From Amoebophrya sp. A120 (Eukaryota; Protista; Dinoflagellata), in contig CAJINV010000009.1 of assembly GCA_905178155.1 (NCBI GenBank), forward strand, positions 310,001-374,000: DNA of 64,000 nt, in the 5' to 3' direction. This document shows positions 47,527 to 58,391 of the stretch, piece after piece (positions within the stretch are counted from its first letter, which is position 1; the number at the start of each line of letters is the position of its first letter). The position numbers and the translations under genes are program-made. A model generated the notes under the pieces. It saw only the letters and a list, made by a program, of their open reading frames with translations. It ran no database searches and was not told where the DNA came from.

Positions 47527-50500
47527 ATGGACTACTACACAGCTGATGCACAAGAATTTGGGAACAAAACTATAAAAGAAGAAAATATCGTTATTGAAAT
47601 TGATGATATCAGAGAGAAGAAACCGAGGCGCATCTTCCGGGTCCTGCAGTTCCTTTTGGTTACGTATACTAGTATTCGTGTACGACCTAGTTTGCTCGTT
47701 GTCTGCTGCGGCTGCGTCGCATTTTTTGGTGCTTTCTTGCCTGCGGCGTCTGCGGCCGGTGGGGAGGAAGTACGAGAATCCTTCGCGAAGGATGAAGGTC
47801 TTGTCGAGCGCAACCAGGTGGCGGTCGAGGACGAAAACGCGGAAAAATCCTTCGGAGATGAGGCCAACAGCGCCGGTCAGCATTTTCGTCCTCTTGAGAG
47901 AGCAAGCGCTCGTCCGAAAGACGAGAGTGAAAGACGAGCGAGCAAAACGCACCTCCTTACATTCGCCTCGCATGGAGTGTATAGGCAGGTTCAAGACATC
48001 GCGGAAAGAGAGGCAACCGCTGCCGGTTTCGCTTCCCACGTTCGCTGGAAAGCCTCTATGACTTGCTCAACCGTTACAATCTCCAACGTTACAATAAAAT
48101 CTGGAAGTTGTGTTGCAGGATGAGCACGACAGACTCGCACAGCGTTCTACCTTTTGCAATACAAATTTCGCCAGATTGTAGTGGGGTTTGGGTCTCCGGA
48201 ACTTGTCATGCGCAATCCTATGAGAGTTGGCTAGATCATGCACTCTTGCATCACAGATTTCCATATTCTATTGCAACGCTTTAGATTGTAACACCTGAGC
48301 GGGTTATAGCCTCGCAGTTGGCGTTCTGGAATGATCGGGAAAGAGCGGCGCGCCTCTTGTACGTGTACGCCCAGCATGATGTTGAGCCAGATGCAGATCG
48401 TGATCAACTAGACGAGAATAAACATCAGCCAGATGATCGCCACGGAAACCTTCATAATACGACCCAGGAGCAGGAGGATGCCCCTCACAAGAACCGAAAC
48501 ATCGAGCCTGTCACTGTTGGGGCTTTCGCAGAAACAAACAGCCTTGGGAGCCCAGAGGGGACTCCTGCATCCACGACTACGTCCACCTCGGAATTGGAAT
48601 TGCTCAGCGCACCTGGTACTAAGGCTGCGAGTCGTTGGTGGGCCCAGACGAGGGGGCCTCTTTTTCAGAAAATTTTCGAGGCTTTCGGCACAACCTACCC
48701 CTATTTGAATCCAGCCTATTTCGCAAAGGCCGTCACTCTGATTGAGACCCTCTTCGATGTCTCTGAACAGCGGTCACCGACGTCCTGTGCCAGAAGTGAG
48801 GGGAACCAACTGGACTCGTCTACCAAGACGACGGAAAAAGCCAAAGCATTGGCAACCAGCATCCCTAGTGCTACAACCGATGGAGATATGAATGGGCGTA
48901 CTGATGAAGAGACGCAGCCTACAACGCCGGCGACTATTGTTCAGCCGGAAACTACTACACCAGGGCCAGAGTTGAGGACGTCGATTGCAGCTGCGCAAGA
49001 GTGCGAATCGCCGCCGAGGATTGGCTGGGGTGACTACGTTCTCGTGACAGACCCAACGAAGCATTTGGTGGATGAGACTGAGTCTGGAAATCTGGTCGAG
49101 GCTGTGGTCGAGGAAGAGGTATCTGCGACATATCCTCCTAGCAGCAAGACTGTGATTGAGGCGCCATCTAGCAATCCTACAGATACAGGGCAGCATGAAC
49201 CTCCGAGACGAGAAGGAGGCAATCAGGGAGATCTGTTGCTCACAGACTGGCGTCTGTTGAACACCGCCGGGGTCTCGTTTTTGCGCGATTTGAATGCAAC
49301 AGATCTTGAGACGCTGCAAACCCTGGCGGCGCAAAATGAGCGGCTTCCTCTCATTCCCGGGGTGCGGTTGCCGCCCAGTGTACGGTGGGAGTATTCCACG
49401 GAGCGGTTCCGCACACCATGCACCGACTGGCTCCTAAAGAGCCCCCACGTCGCGTACGTCTTTCGCCGTTACCTGGTCTTGCTCCTGCGCCGAGCGTGGC
49501 GTAGCGGCCCGGCACCGCTCTGGCTGGAGCGCTCCAAGATCATGGAAGGCCATCAAGCAAGTGCGGTGGAGAATAGCGGGGAGCTCAGGCAGTTGCCCCG
49601 TGCTGCAGCCGCGCCCCCTGCGAATTCTGAGAAAAGCAACGGCAGCAGTGCTGCTGCATTTTCCACCGAAAGCGAAGACAGCACAGACGCACCGCCCGCG
49701 GCTGGAGATGCATCTTCAACATGGTGGACGTCAACCTCAGAGGCCCCGCGTTCCGACAGTAAACGCGTGCACGGGGACGAACAAGAAGATATGAACAAAC
49801 GCGATGTGTACCGGGTGAAACACTTCCCGGACTCGGCCTACAGTGATTTTCTGTCGTTCGTTGACTTGCCTGCTTTGTGGCACAACGTAACTGGAGGACA
49901 GCGACAAGCTGCCGGATCCGGATCAGCATCGGAGGCTAACGAGATATCACAGCCGAAAAATGAAGACCGGTGGTGCTTTGCTCACACACGACTGGTTTTG
50001 GTTCACAAAGCGCTGCGTTTGTTCTTTTCGGCGCGCCGCGGTCAAAATGTAGGTGAGCCTAAAGAAACTCGGAACCGAGTAGAGCCGCAGTCGCTCCCCC
50101 ACGAAATCACGCCACTGATTTCTCCGATTGACGCTTTCACGACGGGGTGCGTTGAGGTGGAGCTTCTCGTCAAACAAGAAGCTAGGTACATTGGGCCGGC
50201 TATATGCGGCCTTTTTGCAGCAGGATCTGATGCAGCCTGCACGCCGGCCGGACATGTGAATGAACAAGGGAGCGACTCGCAAGAACTCCGGGCGCAACAG
50301 TTTCACGACCGATGCTTCTGGCACTGGCAGACCTATTCCCCCATGCACCAAAACACATGGCTGTTTCTGCGGAAAACGGTAGGTAATTTCCACTTTCTCC
50401 GGCTGTGGTTGCGGCTGCTGCACGACACGCGGCTTCTATCCAGTTTTCCCTTTGTGGACCAGAGTCCTCTGGGCCACCTGATTCGGGCTCTGAACCTCCG

Positions 50501-51889
50501 CACTTTTGCCGTCCCGTCGTTGTACTACCCACGGCTAGGCACGTGTCCTGTCTACGACCTGACGGAAAACTATCCAGAAAAAACGACCCATGCCCACCTA
50601 ATTTGTCATGTGAACCATGCACCAGAGTGAGTCCTGTCCAAAGGCTGTCGCTTGTCATACAAAAAATAGACCACTGGGAGCGAGTGGGATAGGGTCTGTT
50701 TCTTTGAATAAACACGAGAAGACGGCAATGCTCCGCGAACGCTTTCTTGAATTCGACAGCAAAACTCTCGGGAACGAAGACGGGCAGCAGATCGAGCCAC
50801 TGCACACTGACACTGCACAAACGCACACATCACGAGGAACCGCTGCAGATAAGGGCACGGCAACACATGACGCTGATCATGCGCTTGATGAAACAAGCCA
50901 CCCTGTTGAACAAGACACGCGACGGCCACAGGAGTCGGCGGAGGTCCTGAAGCACGGGAGGTCGTATGCGGTACTAGATCAGGTGATGCCAGTATCGCCC
51001 TACGGCGTTCCAGATTTTTTCCCCGTGAACAAACGGTACAAAACGCCGTTCTGTGCTCCCAATTCCAACCGTATCGTGCAGCAGATGCACGGCCTGGGAA
51101 ATATCCTGTACAAAAGTATCGCACTACGTACTCGTACTATTTGCAGTCATGTGCTACAGATCTACCTTTCTATCTGATCTAGCATATAAGTACAAATAGA
51201 TTGCATTTTTGTCTTTATTGTGGTGCTTCATCGTAAAATTTGTCATCGTCATTGTGATTTCTACTAGAGCGAGGTAACAAATGACCCGTTAACTCGCGCC
51301 CGCGAGTTAGCCGTCCGCCCGGCCGGCCGGACGGTTAACTCGCGGTTAGAAATGTAGACAAATCGAAAGGTAGCACAAATTTGAATCGAAGTGCTCGCCA
51401 ATCCTTGGCGAGCCCTTCGGGGTAGATTTGCACCACAATTCGATTTGTCTACACTTCTAACCGCGAGTTAACCGTCCGGCCGGCCGGGCGGCCGGCTAAC
51501 TCGCGGGTGCGAGTTAACGGGTCATTTGTTACCTCGCTCCTAGTAGTACGATACTTTTGCAATGCATAGATGATGCGGTGAAGCAACTCGGGAAGCTCAC
51601 AGCGCAGTTGCGGCTTTCACGTTTGCGTTTGCTCCGGGAGAAAGCCGAACAGGTCGAAGCAGAGACTGACCACCAGCACCTTCCCGCCGATGTTGTTCGG
51701 CCGGTAGAAAAGAAGGACACAGGTGTAGGTGAGTCTCCTTCGCCGGGGGACTTCGGTAGCAGATCGGAGGAGGAAGAAAAGGCTGTTGGGGCTTGGATGC
51801 TTCTGCCGTCAGAGTCGTCCCTGCAAGACTTCACGCCCTTGACTATCGGGACCTTTCTGCATGATCTGTTTCTCGAGACCGCGTTCTAA
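47527..51889 (+). CDS. Large type-II-membrane-like hypothetical protein (exons about 47527-48056, 48314-50626, 50670-51115, 51570-51889)
   Basis: N-terminal hydrophobic segment. Removing introner E7 joins RWKAS|QLAFWND. Putative GT-AG introns 50627-50669 and 51116-51569 join in frame. Confidence 0.65.
48057..48308. mobile_element. Introner E7 (252 bp), TSD GCCTC
   Basis: Imperfect TIR TATGACTTGCTCAACCGTTACAATCT / AGATTGTAACACCTGAGCGGGTTATA. GCCTC occurs at 48052-48056 and 48309-48313. Frame is restored on removal. Confidence 0.9.
51102..51568. mobile_element. Aged introner-like element E8 (TSD not conserved) containing a MITE
   Basis: Left end TATcctgtaCAAAAGTATCGcACTAC compares with the reverse complement of the right end TATgcattgCAAAAGTATCGtACTAC. 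Flanks GGAAA and GATGA do not match, but removing element plus 5 nt stays in frame. Confidence 0.6.
51267..51539. mobile_element. Fold-back MITE (273 bp), 3-bp TSD CTA
   Basis: Near-perfect hairpin: GAGCGAGGTAACAAATGACCCGTTAACTCGC... / ...GCGAGTTAACGGGTCATTTGTTACCTCGCTC, with arms of about 100 bp or more. CTA occurs at 51264-51266 and 51540-51542. Confidence 0.88.
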
Positions 51890-52595
51890 TTTCGTGACAG
51901 AACAACAAAAATTGAAATCGTCTCCAGCAGGAGCTCGGCCAGGAGCAGGTCGTGTTCTTTCACTCATCTCATTTTATTTGAGTGTAGAGGTGTGCTGGGG
52001 TTGGAGATAGAGATCATCTGATGAGTCCTATTCGAAGCTCCTAGTCGTAGTGATAGTGAGTGTCATCTGATAGATTTGCTGCAGCCGTCTGATCGTGACG
52101 AAAATGAAATTTGAGTTTTTGTGCTCGCCAAGATCTGAAGAAGGAAGATCAGATATGCAAGAAAAATCCTGTGATGCGATCACGTTCAAGATGCTGCCTA
52201 ATCAACATACTAGGTCTCACCAAGATCCGTTGTGATGTATCATTGAAGGATCAAATTTTGATGCTCATGGGTGAAAGACATTCCCATTGTAAAATAAAAA
52301 CGTGAAGGAGACCAACTCCGATCAAAGTGATTTCCGCTTCGATTGCAGGCAGTATAACTGAGGTTATTTACTTCTGCTGCGTTACTTAGACGTATTGCAT
52401 GCTGTTTCGAATGCTTATGCTGAGAATGAAAAGAAGATAAAAATAAAATTAAAAACAGGTCTACGTACGATTTTTGTTGTAGTTGACATCCCGTTAGACT
52501 TAGACTACGACTACTGCGATCGCTCTTTACTTTTCTACATACGGAGTCAACCCCTGCTTTTTCGTTTTTTTCATTCCTTCACAACAAAAATCAAA

Positions 52596-55025
52596 ATGAA
52601 GTGCCGTGGGAAGAAGAACACTTCAAAGCGCAAGTCGCTCAGTTTGCAGCACAAAATCACCAAAAAGGCCACCGAGAAGAAGCGAAAATTGCGAAAAGAA
52701 GCACGTAAGGCGGTCAAGAATGGCGTGCAGGTACTGTTTTATGCTGTTTGGTTGCCGAAGAAAAGGAACGAAATTGGTCGTATCAACGCGATTGATACTT
52801 GGTTTATTGCGTTGCATTTTTCACATGATAAATCTGTAAAAATGGATTTGTAAAAAGGGCAACTGCTCCTGTCCTCTTCGCTTCTCCGACCAGGTTATCA
52901 GGAAACTCTAAGAAAAATATTGCGCTACAACAGATCAAGCGCAAGAAGCAGAAGATGACGGTCCCAGCGCTGTGGCCGTTCAAGCAGGAGGAGCTGGCTT
53001 TCTTAAAGCAGCGACAAGAGCGTCGGGAGGCGGAGCAGCAGAAGCAAAAGGAGCTCAACCAGAAAAAGAAAAAGGTACAACTTATTACTGTGAATATGAT
53101 TTTGATCTCAACAGACCACGGAAACTTTGAACTGTTGCACTACATAAAATATGAAATATGTTCTCATGATGGTTCTCGTTCTCATCCCCTTCCCGTTTCT
53201 TGTACGTGCGTCCTGAAGATGAAGATCTTTTTCGTGTATCTGTCAATCCTCATCACCGCAGGAACTCCAAAAGAAGAAACGGAAGGAGGCTTTGAAGGCT
53301 CCCGCCCGGCCCGTCAACACCCTGGAAAACGTCCTGGACACCGCAGATTTGGTGATCGAAGTCGTGGACGCCCGCGACCCGTTTGCGACGCGGTGCTTGT
53401 CCATTGAAAAGGACGAGTCGAAGAAGAACAAGATTATCGTCCTGACCAAGGGCGACTTGGTGCCGATGGAAAACCTGCAGCAGTGGTTGCACTACCTGCG
53501 ACGAACGACGCCCGACAACATCCCGGTGCTGAGCCTGATGAAGCGCGCCAGCAACGAGGAGGCGTCCAAGCTGATCCGCGATTTGTCCTCTGGTGAACAA
53601 CAGCAGCCCGGTTCCAGTACCAGCTCAAGAAGTACGAGAAACAAGTTTCTCCGCCCGGTCGGGTTCAAGCAACTGATCGCACTGCTCTCAAAGGGGTACT
53701 CCGCGTCAAAAAACATCGCGGTGGTTGGCTACCCGGGCGTAGGAAAACACACCGTGGTGTCTTACTTGAAGTCGCCCCAGATGAACCTATCGAAAAAGGT
53801 GAAAATTCAAACGGCAAACATCATCGACTTCAAAACCGAGGACGAAGTTGTGGACGGCAACCAGAACATCGTGGACCTGCTCTTCACCCAGAAACCACAA
53901 GCGTCGAAACAGCCCCTCACGGTGCTGAAGCGACTACTGGAGAGAACACTTTCAAAAGAAGATCTGCAGATCAAACTCGCACTGCCACAGTTCGAGGTAC
54001 AAATGGAAATGCTTTTGTTTTTTTATTGCCACAGAGATTGGCCATGCCCATGGCCACTGCATCTCGTGCATGAGTTGATATTTCAGAAGACATGTCATGA
54101 AGTATAAAACACAATATTCATATTGCATTTAGCTCCTTGTTTCAGAGTTTCTGTTTCCGTCAATTTCTCCGCGGAAGCACGCACCATGTAGAAAAAAAAA
54201 TGAATTCCAGGACGCCAAGACGCTGATGACAAAGATGCAGCGCGACCATAACCTTCCGGGAATTATCGACGCCGGGCGGTTTATCCTGAAGCGAATGAAT
54301 GCAATGTTTTACTTCACCAGCTCCCCGAAACTGGGTGGAGCAAGCGAGCAAGCTATCCAAACCCCGAAAAATGTGGTCAAACAGGACCTTGAGGCAATAT
54401 ACGCAGAACAGGAGAAGGAAATTCAGGCTTGCGCGGGTCTCTGGGGCCGAACCACACCCACGACAGGGCTTGTGTCGGAAGCAAGCCAGGCTGTGCAGAC
54501 TGCAAGCGACTTGAGCGGCACCGGACAATCCAGCGTCGATTTGCACAAGGTGCCTAGCTTCTTCATTTTGCTCTCAATCAAGCGTCTTTTTTTTTGCAAA
54601 ATCAAAAGACATATTCTAAAACTAAATCAAACTGAGATTGTTCTTAATCGCACTTTTGATTGGCACACATGCTGCACGATCTCATCCATCTGTGATCGAC
54701 GTGCTTACAACCGCTAATTGTACTTACATGAAAAAAACACCTCCAGGCGCTGCACCACAGCAAGGGCAAGAACCTGGGAAAGACGGAATACTTCGAGCTG
54801 AAATGTCCGGTCTCCATTTGCCCGAAGACCGGCGAAGAGAGCTTGATGATCGGCGGTCCGGAGCCATTCTCGGCGCTCGAGTTTGGTACGCCCGCCGCGA
54901 AGGAGGAAGACGAGGAGAGCATTCAGGAGGCCTCCATGGAGGCTGTTTCTGACGAGGAAGGTTGGTCAGAAGTCGAGGAGGAGGAAGAAGAAGAACTCGA
55001 TACCGATGAGGAGATGGAGGACTAA
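52596..55025 (+). CDS. GNL3/nucleostemin/Nug1-like circularly permuted GTPase (multi-exon; one acceptor ambiguous)
   Basis: Basic N-terminus SKRKSLSLQHKITKKATEKKRKLRKEARK, then VPALWPFKQE, ADLVIEVVDARDP, IIVLTKGDLVP.ENL..WL.YLRR and VVGYPGVGK, with an acidic tail. Confidence 0.85.
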
Positions 55026-55793
55026 ATGCGATCAATGGCATCATTGATACTACCCCTCGCAGTCACTTGATATCTGGGTGACTTTTTTTTCGAAGTAAAG
55101 AGAAGCACGTGCAATAGAAGCGCAACAAATTATTGTCAAACAAACAGACAGTGTTTTGTTTGGGGTATTTTCTTGATTTTTCAGTTGTTCTTCACGATGC
55201 GAAATTCGTTTGTTCGTGCTCGATCATCAACAAGCATCGGGTAGAACAAGGAAACATAATCTGCTCACGTAACCTGCTTACGGGCTTCTAACACTTTTCG
55301 TCTGATTGCTTTTTTCCTTCAAAAGGAGGAGATCGTCTCGTCAATGTCAAAGTTTCTCTGCTTCGCTGTCTTCAGGCGATCCGTCGGTTTTTTTCTTCCC
55401 ATACCTATTGGCAAAGTCGTTGCGCGTGTTTTACGTTTTTCTTTCGGCGATTCATTCTGATGTGTTTCGGTGTTTTCTGTTGTTCGTGCAGCCGATTGCG
55501 AATTCGAATTCCCGACTTTCTGATTTTTTCGCCGATAAAATTGGTTCAGTATCGGTCGTTGCTGTCTTTGTTCAGTGCTGTAAGGGGTTGTCGTGCCAGA
55601 TTCCTGGCCAGTAGTCTACTCAAAAACTACTAGTACAGTTGCATGAAATTGAAAGTTGTAAGAAAGAAGTTAGACAGGTGGCGAGTACCTTGTCCAGAGC
55701 GTGCAATCGTCTCTTTTCTCACAGACCATCTTGATTCCCAATATCTTTTGATCGCGGTTGCAAAAATTTGTACACGAAGTATTTTGAGAAAGA

Positions 55794-57349
55794 TGGTAGG
55801 GCCCGGAAGATTTGTGGATACCGATACAGACGATGCATATCAAGCATATCTGGCCGATAAATCAAGTATCGAGTCTTCGCATCTACTCGCCGACCATGTG
55901 GTGGACGAAGCTATTTTGTTTTTTCTGAACAGTCAGGCCGGAGATGTCGCTTCCGATGTTGACATCATTCGCAAACCTCTTGCATTTATTGACCCCACCG
56001 CAGCCGCACCGTTGGACCGCGAAGAAGACGAAGTAGCACCGCCCGAAGAGGACTTATCATCGGCGCGCAACAACGGGTTAGTTTCTCGACACCCGCCTTC
56101 GCGAAACGAGCAAAGCCCCGCCGCGGTCCTCGAAGATGGTTTGGGCCAGAACGAGAGCCTGCAATCATGCTGCCTTTATTCGATCGGTCAGAATACCCTG
56201 CCCACATCAGCATCAAGTAGTGCCGCAGCTCCAAGTAGTAGTCCAAGCAGACCAAGCAGGCTTCTGGCAATGAACTACGCGAAACCTACATCCAGTTCGA
56301 CGCGGCGCTCGATTTGTACCGCGGCTGCAAGTGCCCCGTTTTTATTGAACGTGTGTGCCTCCAACACGAGCTATCCTAGTCTGCCTGCTCCGGGGGACCT
56401 TCAGCAATCACCTTCTACTGCGGCCTTGACGCGGATGAGCGTTAGCGTAGGAGCTGTTGGCGTAGTACCAGCACATCTTGCCTCTACTTCTCCGTCAAGT
56501 TCCAAACCTCTCGACGTCTCTCCATCTTCTGCGTTCCGAAAGAACGCAACTCTGCTGGCGGAAGAGACCAATGAAGACCGACACTGCCGAAAGCGTTCCT
56601 TTCTGGGGAACGTGAATAAAAAGGCTGCCCCTGCTGGAGCTTCAATGATGGATAATAGGCGGACGAGTAGCGCAGCTGCGTTTGGATCTTGCTTTTCCGC
56701 CTGCAAGCAGCCGCCACGGCGTGCAAGCGCGTCGCCCGAACGAACGAAACTGTTCGCAATACGACGAGGAACTACCACGACGACAAAAAGCGGCATCAGA
56801 CTGCCACCAATACAAGGTCCGCTGGATCGTCCTCTCGGCAAGCAAACTGCGGAAAACGCAACGAACCCGTCCTCGGAACAGGTGACAATAGATACTGTAG
56901 CAGATGAAGGACGAAGGGAACCTGATCTAGGTGGCGGACCAAAAAATAAAGGCGCTAATGGCAATCATGGACACAATAATCAGAATCAAACAACTGCCAC
57001 TGATGCTGCTCCTTTGATGTCCACTTTTAAGGCCGCCCTCGACTTCTCACAAATTCTTCCGGGAACCAAGTTTTCCGCCTCGCCTCAAGAGAACTGGTCG
57101 AAACAGCAGGGGAAAGATGGTAGAAGCAACATGACCCCCTTGACGCCCGGGACCACCAGGCCAGTGAAGGTTACGGAATTGTTTCGAAAAACCGCGATTG
57201 AGTTTTCAACCACCTGGCTGAAAGACCGGAAGAGGCAGGAAGTGGATGAAGCCGAGCCGACGTACTTCAGGAGAAAGAGGTTGTTTTTTGCCGCCGTGAA
57301 GAGTGTGAAGTCGGGTAGAACTGGTGGAGGTAGCATGGATACGTCATGA
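55794..57349 (+). CDS. Low-complexity Ser/Pro-rich hypothetical protein (start and 3' structure uncertain)
   Basis: ORF of more than 500 codons (55643-57349). No family recognised. Confidence 0.5.
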
Positions 57350-58391
57350 AGAATTTTATGACGATCATCAAGATAGAGGTAAGAACGTTGGCGAAGTATG
57401 TTCTCGCTTCCTCTCGCGGATGCGGAAGCTCTGGAACGCTCGAAAGTTGTCTAACGTGCGTCGTAAAGAAATGTCGTGTGTGTCTGCAATCGCCGCGTCG
57501 GCTTCCGACAGACTATTTTTTTCGACCCACAAAAAAGCTGACAGTGATATTCTGATGCGTCGCGTTCTTTCAGGTTCAATAAACATATGGGGCTTCTATC
57601 TGCTGATAGATGGACGGCCCGAGTATTCCTTCGCGGTACAGGATCATGCGGCACAGGTGGTGCACAAGCTGGAAAGGGATCTATCGAGCAGATCATCATC
57701 ATTGAAACTGATCGTGATCATACTGGTAGTAATACATAGACCTCGCAGGAGAAGCAGAAGAATGCAGCAAGTCCAAGTCCGTCCCTATGGATCAACTTTT
57801 ACACTAGCACTAATCGCCCCTGGAAGACGATCAATCTACAATCGAAGACTTGGCCTGGCGAGGTGTCCACTAGGTCTAGGAGTTCTACTTGATCTTATCG
57901 TAATCGTGATATTAGAGCGCGTTATTTCCGTTGTTCTTCTGGTTGCATCTCCATGTGCAACATACGCTTCAACTGTAAGACTGACTCTTTGTGGAGGTCT
58001 TTCGATTCAGGTTCTTTTCAACACCTGGCTAGTATTTAGACGATTCATGAACTGATTCAAATGCCGTGCTTTTTCTTTGTAGTCATAGTGACCGCTGAAC
58101 ATATAATTGACAAAGTAGTATATTAAGGCATAGTTGTGTGCTGCAACCTAGGATGATGATGTTCGAAACGAGCCCCGTTTTGATTCCCGGCCTGCCCCAG
58201 CCCACTACCTCGCACAGGAGACGACAACTACAGAGGACCACGAAACAAGGAACAGATCCGTGAACAAGGTGGGGCAAGGCCTATACGTCGCCAGAGCGCG
58301 CCAAGGTAAGGTTCGAGAACGGGATAGATGTGTTATTTCTTACGTTGTCTCTACTAGCCGAGTCAGTGGTTGGGCTTCCTGAAAGAGATTG

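Noticed and set aside
57324-58055. 243-aa plus-strand ORF
   Set aside because: Non-ATG start and atypical composition; it may hide exons of neighbouring genes but cannot be resolved by eye.
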